Source: a bacterium HR34 (GTDB lineage Bacteria > Patescibacteriota > Minisyncoccia > Minisyncoccales > HRBIN34). Taken from it: DNA of 64,000 nt. The notes beneath the pieces were generated by a model. The model saw only the letters and a list, made by a program, of their open reading frames with translations. It ran no database searches and had not been told where the DNA came from. The stretch spans positions 21,331 through 85,330 of the forward strand of contig BEIK01000001.1 in the NCBI GenBank assembly GCA_002923395.1. Reading direction: 5' to 3'. The position numbers and the translations under genes were made by a program. Position 1 is the first letter of the stretch; every line of letters starts with the position of its first letter. Below are positions 27,592 through 37,948 of this stretch, piece by piece.

Positions 27592-30048
27592 ATGAAGTTA
27601 GAAAACTATTTATCAGAAAAACTTGACAAAAAATGGCAAAAAATTTGGGAAGAAAATAATCTTTACAAAACAGACGAAAAACCAAAGAGAAAATTCTATT
27701 GTTTGGATATGTTTCCTTATCCTTCTGGGAAAGGTTTGCATGTTGGTCATTTAAGAGGGTATATAGCTTCTGATATTATATCAAGATTTTACAGAATGAG
27801 AGGTTATTCTGTTTTACATCCTATGGGTTTTGATGCCTTTGGTTTACCAGCAGAAAACGCTGCCATAAAATTCGGCGTCCACCCAAAAGAATGGACCTAC
27901 AACAACATTAAAACAATGACAAACCAATTAAAGAAATTAGGATGTATGTATGATTGGGAAAGGACAATCGCGACTTGTGAGCCAATTTACTATAAATTTA
28001 CTCAGTGGATTTTTATACAACTTTACAAAGCAGGGTTAGTTAAAAGGGAAAATACATATGTTAACTGGTGTGATTCTTGCAAAACAGTTTTGGCCAATGA
28101 GCAAGTTATAAAAGGAAAATGTGAAAGATGTGATAATTATGTTTATCAAAAAACAATTGAGCAATGGGTTTTTAAAATAACAGAGTTTGCAGAGGATTTA
28201 TTGAAAGGTTTGAATAAAGTTGATTGGCCAGAATCTACTGTTGAGTTGCAAAAAAACTGGATAGGGAAATCAGAGGGTTGGCAGATTGTTTTTGATGTGA
28301 AAGTAGATTCAAAAGAGTTTCGAGATACCATAGAAATTTTTACCACAAGATTGGATACGATTTTCGGTGTTAGTTTTTTAGCGATCTCACCAGACCACCC
28401 ATTACTTGCAAGAATTCAAAACATAATAGAAAACTTGTCTGAAGTTCAAAATTATATTGTTGCCTCAAAAATGAAAAAAGAAGTTGAAAGATTGGAGGCA
28501 GCAGGCGAGAAAACAGGAGTTGAGTTAAAAGGCGTGAAGGCTATAAACCCTGTTAATGGAAAAGAAGTCCCTATTTTTGTTGCCGATTATGTTTTAATGA
28601 CATATGCAACAGGCGCTGTGATGGGCGTGCCAGCGCACGATCAAAGAGATTTTGATTTTGCTAAAAAATACGGTCTCGAAGTAGTTCAAGTTGTGCAAGA
28701 TAGAGAAGGGAAAGTAAATGTTAAAGATAGGGCTTTTGAAGAGTACGGAGTTTTAATAAATTCTGATAAATACAATGGCCTTGAATCTCAAAAAGCAATT
28801 CAAAAAATAGGAGAGGATTTACAAAAACAAAACAGGGCAGAGCCGAGAATTTATTATCATTTGAGAGATTGGATAATTTCGAGACAAAGATATTGGGGCG
28901 CTCCAATACCAATGATTTACTGCGAAAAATGTGGTTGGCAACCAGTTCCTGAAGAGGATTTGCCTGTTCTATTGCCAGAAATAGAAGATTTCAAACCAAC
29001 AGGAGATGGCAGATCGCCTCTTGCAAAAAGCGAGGAATTTGTTAATACAAAATGCCCTTCTTGCAAGGGACCTGCCAAAAGGGAAACAGATACTATGGAT
29101 ACATTCGTTGATTCTTCTTGGTACTACTTTAGGTATACTGATCCGAAAAATGCAAAAGAGTTTGCCTCAAGGAAAGAAATAGAAAAATGGCTTCCTGTTG
29201 ATTTTTATATTGGAGGTTCAGAGCATGCAGTTGGGCATCTTTTATATTCGAGATTTATAACAAGATTTTTAAAAAAGAAAAAATTAATTAGTTTTTCTGA
29301 ACCTTTTTTGAAATTGAAGCATCCTGGAATTGTTCTTGGAAGCGACGGTTTTAAAATGTCAAAATCAAGAGGTAATGTTGTAAATCCAGACGATATTATT
29401 GCAAAATACGGCGTTGATACATTAAGAGTTTATGAAATGTTTATGGGCCCTTTGGGTGAGGGTATGCCTTGGAGCGATAAGGGAATAGAAGGATGTTATA
29501 GGTTCTTGCAGAAAGTTATTAGGATAAAAGAGAAAGTTGCTGATATTAATGAAAAAGAATGCAAAGGATGGAAAGAAATATTAGAGTTACACAAAACCAT
29601 TAAAAAAGTTACAAAAGATATAATTAACTTTAAGTTAAACACTGCAATAGCTAGCTTAATGAATTTTTCAAATGTAATGTGGAAAATGGAAAAAGTGCCA
29701 AAATTATATTACGAAACATTTTTAAAACTTTTGGCACCCTTTGCCCCTCATACAACAGAACAATTATGGTTTGAGATAAAAGGTTTCAAAGAATTTAAAA
29801 AAGAAAATTCAATTCATTTACAACCATTTCCAAAATACGACCCACGACTTATAAAAGAAGAATTTTTAGAAATACCAGTGCAGATAAACGGAAAACTAAG
29901 AGATGTTTTGAGGGTAAGATCTGACGAAAAAGATAATAAAATAAAAGAACTTGCATTAAACAGCGAAAAAGTGAAAAAGTACATTGACAGAAAAACAATT
30001 AAGAAAATTATATATATTAAACGAAAATTAATTAATTTAGTTGTCTAA
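27592..30048 (+). CDS. leuS: Leucyl-tRNA synthetase
   Basis: Class I HIGH (PYPSGKGLHVGHLRGY) and KMSKS (FKMSKSRGN) motifs, CP1 editing domain, and zinc-binding Cys clusters. 818 aa. Confidence 0.95.
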   Translation: MKLENYLSEKLDKKWQKIWEENNLYKTDEKPKRKFYCLDMFPYPSGKGLHVGHLRGYIASDIISRFYRMRGYSVLHPMGFDAFGLPAENAAIKFGVHPKEWTYNNIKTMTNQLKKLGCMYDWERTIATCEPIYYKFTQWIFIQLYKAGLVKRENTYVNWCDSCKTVLANEQVIKGKCERCDNYVYQKTIEQWVFKITEFAEDLLKGLNKVDWPESTVELQKNWIGKSEGWQIVFDVKVDSKEFRDTIEIFTTRLDTIFGVSFLAISPDHPLLARIQNIIENLSEVQNYIVASKMKKEVERLEAAGEKTGVELKGVKAINPVNGKEVPIFVADYVLMTYATGAVMGVPAHDQRDFDFAKKYGLEVVQVVQDREGKVNVKDRAFEEYGVLINSDKYNGLESQKAIQKIGEDLQKQNRAEPRIYYHLRDWIISRQRYWGAPIPMIYCEKCGWQPVPEEDLPVLLPEIEDFKPTGDGRSPLAKSEEFVNTKCPSCKGPAKRETDTMDTFVDSSWYYFRYTDPKNAKEFASRKEIEKWLPVDFYIGGSEHAVGHLLYSRFITRFLKKKKLISFSEPFLKLKHPGIVLGSDGFKMSKSRGNVVNPDDIIAKYGVDTLRVYEMFMGPLGEGMPWSDKGIEGCYRFLQKVIRIKEKVADINEKECKGWKEILELHKTIKKVTKDIINFKLNTAIASLMNFSNVMWKMEKVPKLYYETFLKLLAPFAPHTTEQLWFEIKGFKEFKKENSIHLQPFPKYDPRLIKEEFLEIPVQINGKLRDVLRVRSDEKDNKIKELALNSEKVKKYIDRKTIKKIIYIKRKLINLVV

Positions 30049-30053
30049 TTTTT

Positions 30054-31907
30054 ATGTGTGGAATATTCGCTTTTACAGGCAACATAGGGAAGAAAAGTTT
30101 ATTAAAAGGCATAAAAGCCTTGGAGCTTTTAGAGTATCGAGGTTATGATTCTTGTGGTTTGGCTTTTTGGGTTAAAACAGGTTTTAAGGTTATAAAAAAA
30201 ACAGGCTATGTGGAAAAACTTAAAGAAGAAATTTTAAAAAAATACAAAAATTTAGATTCTAATGTGGCTTTATTCCATACAAGGTGGGCAACTCACGGAG
30301 GGGTAACAGTTATGAACGCTCATCCTCATTTAGATTGTCAGAAAACTTTTTTTGTTGTACACAACGGCATAATTGACAACTTTCAAGAGTTAAAAAATAA
30401 CTTACAGGAAAAAGGCCACAAGTTTAAATCTCAAACAGATACAGAAGTTATAGCACATTTACTGGAAGAAAATTTTAAATCGACAAAGGACGTTGAAAAA
30501 TCTTTTCTAAAAGCATTAGCTTCTCTAAAGGGTTCTTTCGGAATTGTGGTTGCAAATTCTTACATTCCTGATTTATTAATGGTCGCAAGAAACTTTTCTC
30601 CTATTTATATTGGAATTGGTACAAAATTTAAAGTAGTTTCTTCTGATACAAACTCAATGGTTAGCTTTACCAATAAAATAATTTATTTGGAAGATGGCGA
30701 AGCGGCTTTTTTGAGGCCAGATAAAATAGAATTTAAAAATATATATTCTACAAAAAAAATTAATAAGAAAATTATTGTTTTTAATGTAAACAAAGAATTT
30801 ACATGCAAAGGAGAGTACAAACACTTTATGCTAAAAGAAATTTTTGAGCAACCCCAAGTTATTGAGAAGTCTTACTCGAATAAAATAGACTATAAAAACA
30901 AAAAGATTTTTTTGGATGCCTTTGAAAAGAATAAAAAAAGAATCAAAAATTTAAAAAGGGTTAAAATTATAGCCTGCGGAAGTTCTTTTAATGCAGGGCT
31001 TGTAGGTAAATATTTTTTTGAAAATGTTTGCAAAATACCCTGTGAAGCTGAGTGGGCTTCAGAATTTTCCGCCAGAGAGCCTGTTATCGACAAAGAAACT
31101 ATGTATATTTTTATATCTCAGTCAGGCGAGACAGCAGATACTATTTCAGCTTTAAGAAAAGTTAAGGAAAAAGGCGGTTTTTGCGTTGGTATTGTGAACA
31201 ATGTTGGTTCTACTATTTCAAGGATGGTAGATTGTGGATTTTTTAACCATGTTGGCCCCGAAATAGGCGTTGCCTCAACCAAAACAACAATATCTCAAAT
31301 AATAATTCTTTCTTTAATAGCAATGTGGCTTTCACAAGAAAAGAACATAATTTCTTCAAAAGAGATTGAAAAATTTATAAAACAAATTAAAAACACTCCA
31401 AAATATATACAAAGCGTTCTTGCAAAAACGAAAGAAATAGAAAATATTGTTGAGATTTATAAAAATTACAACAAGTTCTTATTCATAGGCAGGGGATATA
31501 ATTTTGGGTCTGCTGTGGAGGGCGCTTTAAAACTAAAAGAAATATCCTATATACCAAGCGAGGGCTATGGGGCAGGTGAAATGAAACATGGGCCAATTGC
31601 AATGATAGATAAAGATTTTCCTGTTTTTGCCATATGCTTTCAGGATTCAAATTATGATAAGATGTTGTCTAATATAGCAGAGGTTAAAGCAAGGGGGGGT
31701 AAAATCATAGCGTTGGCTAATTACGGCGACGAAAAAATAAAAAAGTTTGCCGACAATGTTATTTTCTTTGATAGAATTGAGGGTGAGTTTTTTTACAGTG
31801 TAATTGCTATTGTGTGCTTTCAATTATTTGCTTATTATATGGGTGTTAAAAAGGGTTTAAATGTTGACAGGCCTCGAAACTTGGCAAAGAGCGTGACAGT
31901 TCAATAA
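30054..31907 (+). CDS. glmS: Glutamine--fructose-6-phosphate aminotransferase
   Basis: N-terminal MCGIFAF Ntn-amidotransferase nucleophile, two SIS domains, and a C-terminal ...KSVTVQ end. 617 aa. Confidence 0.95.
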   Translation: MCGIFAFTGNIGKKSLLKGIKALELLEYRGYDSCGLAFWVKTGFKVIKKTGYVEKLKEEILKKYKNLDSNVALFHTRWATHGGVTVMNAHPHLDCQKTFFVVHNGIIDNFQELKNNLQEKGHKFKSQTDTEVIAHLLEENFKSTKDVEKSFLKALASLKGSFGIVVANSYIPDLLMVARNFSPIYIGIGTKFKVVSSDTNSMVSFTNKIIYLEDGEAAFLRPDKIEFKNIYSTKKINKKIIVFNVNKEFTCKGEYKHFMLKEIFEQPQVIEKSYSNKIDYKNKKIFLDAFEKNKKRIKNLKRVKIIACGSSFNAGLVGKYFFENVCKIPCEAEWASEFSAREPVIDKETMYIFISQSGETADTISALRKVKEKGGFCVGIVNNVGSTISRMVDCGFFNHVGPEIGVASTKTTISQIIILSLIAMWLSQEKNIISSKEIEKFIKQIKNTPKYIQSVLAKTKEIENIVEIYKNYNKFLFIGRGYNFGSAVEGALKLKEISYIPSEGYGAGEMKHGPIAMIDKDFPVFAICFQDSNYDKMLSNIAEVKARGGKIIALANYGDEKIKKFADNVIFFDRIEGEFFYSVIAIVCFQLFAYYMGVKKGLNVDRPRNLAKSVTVQ

Positions 31908-31912
31908 ACTAT

Positions 31913-32932
31913 ATGAAAATTAAAATTTATAAAAGAAAAATAAAAGACAAAAGAATAGTTATTATTGGCGGTGGCACAGGAACATCAACCTTACTTTATG
32001 GATTAAAAAAATATCCTGTAAAATTAAGAGCTATTGTTACTGTAACAGATAGAGGGGGATCTAGTGGAATTTTAAGAGATGAGTTTGGGATTTTGCCACC
32101 AGGTGACATAAGACAGTGTATTGTTGCTTTGGCGCAAGAAGACCTTATTTTGAGAAAACTTTTTTTGTATAGATTTGATAAGGGAAGCTTGAAAGGTCAT
32201 AACTTTGGAAACATTTTTATGACAGCACTTGAGAGAATTACAGGTGATTTTGATAAGGCAGTATATTACGCCTGCAAGATATTAAATGTAAAAGGTAAAG
32301 TTATTCCAGTGAGTTTAGAAAAGACAAACGTATGTGCTTTGCTAAAAAATGGTAAAATACTCACAGGGCAAAATAATATTTTAAAGTATAAAAAGCTATA
32401 CAAGGATATTAATAAAATTTTCGTTAACCCTAAAGTTGAAGCTAATCCGGCTGCCGTCTCGTCTATTTTAAAGGCCGATATGATAGTTATCGGACCTGGT
32501 GATTTTTTTACAAGTTTATTGCCAAATTTAGTAATCGACGGAATAAAAGAATCATTAATTATTTCAAAGGCGGTTAAAATTTTTAACTGTAATTTAATGA
32601 CAAGAGAGTGGCAGACAGAAGGTTATTCTGTTTTGGATTTTAAAAATATTTTAGAGGAACATTTAGGTAAGAAAGATTTTTTTGATTTTATAATATACAA
32701 CAACAAAATTCCCTCAAAAGAATTTCTAGAGGCTTATGCAATTAAGGGAGAAAAACCAGTTGCCTTTGATAATGTTCCAGAGGGCGACAGTAGGTTTATA
32801 GGCTATGACTTAATAAGTAAAAGAGTTCAAAAGCAATTGAAGGGCGACTTAATAGAAAGGACATTAATAAGGCATAACCCAGACAGGATAGCAAAAATTC
32901 TACTTACTATTCTATCAACATACAAAAATTAA
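31913..32932 (+). CDS. YvcK/CofD-family protein (UPF0052, gluconeogenesis factor-like)
   Basis: IVIIGGGTGTSTLLYGLKKY...VTVTDRGGSSG is the hallmark of the YvcK/2-phospho-L-lactate transferase family. Confidence 0.8.
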   Translation: MKIKIYKRKIKDKRIVIIGGGTGTSTLLYGLKKYPVKLRAIVTVTDRGGSSGILRDEFGILPPGDIRQCIVALAQEDLILRKLFLYRFDKGSLKGHNFGNIFMTALERITGDFDKAVYYACKILNVKGKVIPVSLEKTNVCALLKNGKILTGQNNILKYKKLYKDINKIFVNPKVEANPAAVSSILKADMIVIGPGDFFTSLLPNLVIDGIKESLIISKAVKIFNCNLMTREWQTEGYSVLDFKNILEEHLGKKDFFDFIIYNNKIPSKEFLEAYAIKGEKPVAFDNVPEGDSRFIGYDLISKRVQKQLKGDLIERTLIRHNPDRIAKILLTILSTYKN

Positions 32933-32937
32933 ATTTT

Positions 32938-34149
32938 ATGCAAGCTGTAATTATAGCAGCAGGTGAATCAAAAAGATTTTGGCCTTTTAATGCTCACACA
33001 AAAAGTCTTTTTAAGATAATGGGGAAACCTATAATTTTTTACACATTAAAATCTTTAGAAAAATTAGGGATAAAAGAGGCAATAATAGTTCAAAAAAACA
33101 ATAGAGAAGTTGAGGATTTTCTTTCTGAATATAGGTTTAAAATAAAAATAAATTATGTTTGCCAAAAAGAGCAAAAAGGAACAGCAGATGCCATACTTTG
33201 CGCTAAAAAATTTATAAAAGGCGACTTCTTGTTTTTATCAGGTCACAAAGCGGACGTAAAAGATTATTTTAAAAATTTGTTTTCAGAATATAAAAAGAAA
33301 AAAACAGTTGTGATGTCTTTGCAAAAAATTAGTTCTGACGAAGTTAAAAAAAATAAATATCACAGCGCTGTTATTAAAAATAGAAAAGTTCTTAAAATAA
33401 CTGAAGAATGCAAAGAAAGCGAGTGTTTCAAAGTTAATGAAGTTTACATTTTAACAAAAAGTTTTCTTGATGTTTTAGAAAAATTTAAAAATGAAGAAAA
33501 AGGTTTAATAACAGCCTTGAATAATTTTATTAGAAAAAATGAAGTCGCTTTTTCTATTCTGAAAAACTCTTTAACATTAAAATATCCATGGCATTTGTTT
33601 GCAATAAGAGATTATATTTTTAAAAATTTTTTAAAAAACAGAATATCAAAAAGCGTGAAAATTGGCAAAAACGTAGTGTTTAATGGAAAAGTTTTTATAG
33701 GAGAAAATACTATAATAGGGAATAATGTTGTTTTTAACGGAAATGTTTATATAGGAGATAATTCACAAATAGGCGATTTTAATGTTTTTAGCGAAAACAT
33801 AAATATAGAAAAGAACTTTAAATCAGGAACATTTTTAGAGGTTAAAAATTCCATAATTGGAGAAGGTGTAAGATTTCATGGAGGTTATTTGGGCGATTCT
33901 ATTATTGGAAATAATTGTAAAATAGGACATCATATTACAACTTGCAACTTTCTTTTATCAGAAAAAGATATTAAGTGCATGGGTGTTGATACAAAAATGA
34001 GAAAGTTAGGGTTAATTTTGGGAGGTAATTCTTCGTTGGGTGCTTGTGTTTGCACTATGCCGGGAACTGTTGTAGGAAATAATTGCAAAATATATCCCTT
34101 TTTAAAAATTAAAGGTTTTTTTGAAGATAATAAAGTTATAAAAGAATAA
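32938..34149 (+). CDS. Sugar-1-phosphate nucleotidyltransferase with C-terminal left-handed beta-helix (GlmU-like bifunctional enzyme)
   Basis: N-terminal NTP-transferase motif (AVIIAAGESKRFWP...K). C-terminal hexapeptide repeats (VFNGKVFIGENTIIGNNVVFNGNVYIGDNSQIGDFNVF). Gene context is with glmS and PAP2. Confidence 0.7.
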   Translation: MQAVIIAAGESKRFWPFNAHTKSLFKIMGKPIIFYTLKSLEKLGIKEAIIVQKNNREVEDFLSEYRFKIKINYVCQKEQKGTADAILCAKKFIKGDFLFLSGHKADVKDYFKNLFSEYKKKKTVVMSLQKISSDEVKKNKYHSAVIKNRKVLKITEECKESECFKVNEVYILTKSFLDVLEKFKNEEKGLITALNNFIRKNEVAFSILKNSLTLKYPWHLFAIRDYIFKNFLKNRISKSVKIGKNVVFNGKVFIGENTIIGNNVVFNGNVYIGDNSQIGDFNVFSENINIEKNFKSGTFLEVKNSIIGEGVRFHGGYLGDSIIGNNCKIGHHITTCNFLLSEKDIKCMGVDTKMRKLGLILGGNSSLGACVCTMPGTVVGNNCKIYPFLKIKGFFEDNKVIKE

Positions 34150-34153
34150 TTTT

Positions 34154-34666
34154 ATGCTTGATATTTTTTATTTTGGTTTTCAGGAATTAAATAATCTAGC
34201 TGGCAAAAATGAAGTTTTAGATAATATTTTCAGATTTTTAGCAGATTATTTGGTTTATCTAATTATTTTAATTGCTTTTTTATATTTAATCCACAAGAAT
34301 AAAACTTATTACTTTTTGTCTGCTTTTATCTATGCCATTGTAGCGAGGCTTACAATTGTTGAAGTAATAAAAAGAGTTATTCAAAGCCCGCGACCATTTG
34401 AGGTTTTAGATGTTAATTTACTTATAAACGAATCAAGTAAATTTTCTTTTCCATCAGGGCATACAATTTTTTTGTCTACATTTTCAACAATTATCTTTAT
34501 TTACGACAAAAAACTTGGGGCAGTGTTATTTTTTTTAAGTGCTTTAGTTGGAGTTTCAAGAGTAATAGTGGGCGTGCATTGGCCCGTTGATATTTTAGGA
34601 GGTGCTATAATTGGAATTTTATTTGGCCTCACTTTTTATAGATTAGGTAAAAGAATAATTAAATAA
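34154..34666 (+). CDS. PAP2 family membrane phosphatase (undecaprenyl-diphosphatase-like)
   Basis: PAP2 signature: KRVIQSPRP, PSGHT, SRVIVGVHWPVD. Multiple TM helices. Confidence 0.75.
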   Translation: MLDIFYFGFQELNNLAGKNEVLDNIFRFLADYLVYLIILIAFLYLIHKNKTYYFLSAFIYAIVARLTIVEVIKRVIQSPRPFEVLDVNLLINESSKFSFPSGHTIFLSTFSTIIFIYDKKLGAVLFFLSALVGVSRVIVGVHWPVDILGGAIIGILFGLTFYRLGKRIIK

Positions 34667-34789
34667 ATATGATAAGTTGTGAGTAGAAAATTAATAAATA
34701 ATATGGCTTCTAAAAATATTTTAAAAATTTTTGGCAGAAAACTTAAAATTTAGCTTTTTAGTTTTAGCTAAAAAAAAACACACTTTATC

Positions 34790-35278
34790 TTAATTAATAT
34801 TTAAATCCTTACTTCTTGCTATTAATATAACTTCATCTCCTCTAAAAAAGTCGGGTATAACAGCAACTGGTTTTGCATTTAATGTTTTTTTGTAAAGCTT
34901 TTGTGCTTGATTCTCAATTCCAGTAGTTACTTTAACCAATTTTAGTCTAGATCCTCTTATCTCTAATTTTTTTATAATATCTTTGAGCGATTCTTTTATT
35001 AATTTTGAACCTAATCCTTTACCTTGTTCTTTAGGAGTTACGGCTATTTGTTCTAGTTCTATTACTGCATCTTTTCTAAAACCCCCTAACTCTACCCATA
35101 AAATATAACCCTTAATCCTACCATCATCAATAACATAATACCTATTTGCTGGATACCCTAAATACTTTAACCTGATCCATTCTTTAACTATATCGATATC
35201 ATTCATACCATGAAAACATTCCAGATATATTTTGGCTACATTCTCTATATCATCTTCTTTCATCTTTCTAATGATCAT
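34790..35278 (-). CDS. GNAT family N-acetyltransferase
   Basis: Motif A acetyl-CoA site (IAVTPKEQGKGLGSKLI). 162 aa. Confidence 0.75.
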   Translation of the reverse strand: MIIRKMKEDDIENVAKIYLECFHGMNDIDIVKEWIRLKYLGYPANRYYVIDDGRIKGYILWVELGGFRKDAVIELEQIAVTPKEQGKGLGSKLIKESLKDIIKKLEIRGSRLKLVKVTTGIENQAQKLYKKTLNAKPVAVIPDFFRGDEVILIARSKDLNIN

Positions 35279-35423
35279 ACATTTACATTTAATTTATAAT
35301 TAATACCTATGAAATTGTTTCTATATTACTTATTTTGATAAAAATAAAACAACAGGTCAACATTGTCTATATATCATTACTTTTATAACGATGAGTGGAT
35401 GAATATTTTTTAACTTTTATCTG

Positions 35424-35495
35424 AGCCGGAGGCGGGATTTGAACCCGCGACCTATCGCTTACGAAGCGATTGCTCTGCCGCTGAGCTACTCCGGC
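35424..35495 (-). tRNA. tRNA-Thr (anticodon CGT)
   Basis: The minus-strand sequence GCCGGAGTAGCTCAGCGGCAGAGCAATCGCTTCGTAAGCGATAGGTCGCGGGTTCAAATCCCGCCTCCGGCT has anticodon loop TTCGTAA. Confidence 0.8.
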
Positions 35496-35506
35496 TTTTA
35501 TATTGT

Positions 35507-35590
35507 GTGCCGGGAGTGGGATTTGAACCCACACGGGATTACTCCCACAGGGTCCTAAGCCCTGCGCGTCTGCCATTCCGCCACCCCGGC
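35507..35590 (-). tRNA. tRNA-Leu (anticodon TAG)
   Basis: The minus-strand sequence GCCGGGGTGGCGGAATGGCAGACGCGCAGGGCTTAGGACCCTGTGGGAGTAATCCCGTGTGGGTTCAAATCCCACTCCCGGCA has a long variable arm and anticodon loop CTTAGGA. Confidence 0.8.
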
Positions 35591-35689
35591 AAGTTTAATT
35601 ATTTATTTTATACAATTTTTAGATTTTTGAGAAATAAAAAACTAGCAGATTAAAATTATTTTAATTGAGATATAAAAATTTTTAAGTTG

Positions 35690-35772
35690 TGCCCGGGGTG
35701 GGACTCGAACCCACACGGGATTGCTCCCACAAGATTTTAAGTCTTGCGCGTCTGCCATTCCGCCACCCGGGC
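35690..35772 (-). tRNA. tRNA-Leu (anticodon TAA)
   Basis: The minus-strand sequence GCCCGGGTGGCGGAATGGCAGACGCGCAAGACTTAAAATCTTGTGGGAGCAATCCCGTGTGGGTTCGAGTCCCACCCCGGGCA has a long variable arm and anticodon loop CTTAAAA. Confidence 0.8.
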
Positions 35773-35916
35773 AAATTATTGATTAATTTTAATATGATTT
35801 TTATAAATTTGCAAATTAAATTATACCGCTTTTTGACGTTGTTTATGTTTACTAAAATAACCTTTTAGATTAAAAGTAAAACTAATAAACAACAAAATAA
35901 TAAATTGATTTTAAGA

Positions 35917-35953
35917 TTGCCACAAACGTTCACGATCGTAAATGTTTGGGCAA
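35917..35953. promoter_or_regulatory. Imperfect 37-bp palindrome (candidate operator/centromere-like site) upstream of parAB
   Basis: TTGCCACAAACGTTCACGA|TCGTAAATGTTTGGGCAA. The two arms match at 16 of 18 positions around a CGATCG core. It sits about 365 bp upstream of parA in a 520-bp AT-rich non-coding region. Confidence 0.3.
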
Positions 35954-36317
35954 GAAGGATTTTTATAAAATTTTCTATATGTTTATTTATACCTTTTTGG
36001 CTGCACTAAAGAAAAGATAAAGTTCTTTTCTTTCGTTGTCGTTATTAATCCTGTTATTAATCCAATATTTTCAAGTAGTTTGATAAATTCCCATTAGTTG
36101 AATTTAATTGATTTTTTCCCTTTTATAACTAAAGTTTATTCAGTTTTTCATGACTTTTTACTATTTATTCAAATTTTAGTGGAATTCCAACTTTTAATCG
36201 AAAGAGTTTACCAACTCGAATATTTATTTTAGGTTAGATTGCTAATTGTTTTTTATATTTTGTAAAAAATATAACTATGGTAATATTATAGAATAGTTTA
36301 TTTATATTATAACCCAT

Positions 36318-37091
36318 ATGGCAATTACCGTTAACGTTTGCAATCAAAAAGGCGGAGTAGGGAAAACAACAATTTCTTACAATTTGGCGTCGTTTCTTTC
36401 AAAAAAAGAAAATTTTAGGGTTTTACTTGTTGATATGGATCCGCAAGGAAACTTAACTTTTTTAGTTGGTTTTGATTCAAAAAATCTTTCTATTTCTGTT
36501 TATCACGTTTTAATTGGGCAGGTGCCATTACAATCAGCAATTAAAAGATGCCAAAATTTGCCGTGCGATATTTTGCCTTCTTCCTTTGATTTGGCGGGTG
36601 CTACAGCAGAACTTATCGACGAAGATGACAGAATAGAAAGATTAAACAATATATTAGAGCAGGTTAAAAATGATTATGATCTAATTATTATAGACTCTCC
36701 GCCGAGTTTGGGGATTCTTACCGTTAACGCTTTATTTGCAAGCGATGTTGTTTTGATACCAGTTCAAACAGAAGTTTTGGCAATAGAAGGTTTAAGTCAG
36801 CTTTTGAAAACCGTAAAAATAATAGGCGAGAATACGGGAAAAGTTATAGACAAAATCGGAATAGTGATGACAATGTATAAAAAAAATAGTAAAATATCTC
36901 AAGAGGTTATGAAAAAAATTTTAAGAGAATACGGCGACAATTATGTTTTTGAAAGTTATATTCCGTTTTCAGATATTTTTTCAAAGTCAGCTTTTTACAA
37001 AAAAAGCATATTTGACATAAAGGATAATTCTAAGGCGGTTGAAAAGTTTTCTCAGTTTTCAAAAGAATTTTTATATTTTATTAAAAAGTAA
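36318..37091 (+). CDS. parA: Chromosome partitioning ATPase ParA/Soj
   Basis: Deviant Walker A (NQKGGVGKTT), A' and B motifs. 257 aa. Confidence 0.9.
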   Translation: MAITVNVCNQKGGVGKTTISYNLASFLSKKENFRVLLVDMDPQGNLTFLVGFDSKNLSISVYHVLIGQVPLQSAIKRCQNLPCDILPSSFDLAGATAELIDEDDRIERLNNILEQVKNDYDLIIIDSPPSLGILTVNALFASDVVLIPVQTEVLAIEGLSQLLKTVKIIGENTGKVIDKIGIVMTMYKKNSKISQEVMKKILREYGDNYVFESYIPFSDIFSKSAFYKKSIFDIKDNSKAVEKFSQFSKEFLYFIKK

Positions 37092-37100
37092 AAATAAAAA

Positions 37101-37946
37101 ATGAAAAGAGTTCCAAAGGGTATAGAATCTTTAATACCCAAAAAAAGGAAGAAAAAAGATAAAGAAGAAAAAGATTACGTTTTTTATGTTGAGATAGATA
37201 AAATATTTCCAAATCCTTATCAGCCAAGAAAGGAATTCGATAAAAATTCTCTTGAAGAGTTGGCACAATCAATAAAAGAGCATGGTATTTTACAACCCTT
37301 GATTGTTACAAGAGTAGAGAAGGACAATGATTTTTATTATCAGTTGGTTGCAGGTGAAAGAAGGTTTTTGGCAGCTAAAATGGTAGGTTTGAAACTTGCG
37401 CCTGTCTTAATAAAGGAATTAGACGACAGAAAAAAATTAGAACTTGCTTTAATTGAAAACCTCCAAAGAGAAGATTTAAACCCAATAGATAAAGCCGAGG
37501 CGCTGTTAAAACTTCAAAAAGAATTTAATCTTACACAAGAGCAAATCAGCAATATAATGGGAAAGAGCAGAGTTTACATAACCAATCTTTTGAGAATTTT
37601 AAAACTGCCTCAAAAAGTTCAAAATATGATTAGGAAGAAAATGTTGTCAGAAGGTCATGCAAAAGTTTTGCTGTCTTTGAAAGATGAAAAACAGATTATC
37701 TATTTTGCTGAAAAAGTTGTTAGAAGTAATCTTTCCGTGAGAGAACTTGAAAACTTAGTACAGAAATATACAATTTGGAAACCAAGGAAAAATAAAATTC
37801 CTCTTCAAAAACTTAAAGATATTGAAGTAAAGTTAAAAGAGATTTTTGGGGATGATAAAAAGTTCAAAGTAGGGCAGGAAGCAGGAAGAATTAAAATAAC
37901 TTTTTATTTAGAAAAAGAGAGCGATTTGGATGAATTCTTAAAATAA
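37101..37946 (+). CDS. parB: Chromosome partitioning protein ParB/Spo0J
   Basis: ParB box (GERRFLAAKMVGL), an HTH region, and a C-terminal dimerisation domain. Confidence 0.9.
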   Translation: MKRVPKGIESLIPKKRKKKDKEEKDYVFYVEIDKIFPNPYQPRKEFDKNSLEELAQSIKEHGILQPLIVTRVEKDNDFYYQLVAGERRFLAAKMVGLKLAPVLIKELDDRKKLELALIENLQREDLNPIDKAEALLKLQKEFNLTQEQISNIMGKSRVYITNLLRILKLPQKVQNMIRKKMLSEGHAKVLLSLKDEKQIIYFAEKVVRSNLSVRELENLVQKYTIWKPRKNKIPLQKLKDIEVKLKEIFGDDKKFKVGQEAGRIKITFYLEKESDLDEFLK

Positions 37947-37948
37947 CA

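Noticed and set aside
30049-30053. glmS ribozyme or T-box leaders upstream of glmS, leuS and hisS
   Set aside because: Upstream spacers are only 5-30 nt (glmS 5 nt after leuS, leuS 30 nt after recG, hisS 5 nt after lepB). There is no room for a riboswitch or T-box, and the genes appear operon-internal.
34715-34760. Hairpin TTAGCT-N9-AGCTAA between the convergent PAP2 and GNAT genes as a terminator
   Set aside because: The stem is only 6 bp and AT-rich with weak flanking A and T runs. It is plausible as a weak bidirectional terminator but too marginal to call as a feature.
35800-36317. Replication origin (oriC) in the AT-rich region upstream of parAB
   Set aside because: No DnaA-box consensus (TTATCCACA or TGTGGATAA) clusters were found and no dnaA or dnaN is adjacent. 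Only the single palindrome is reported.
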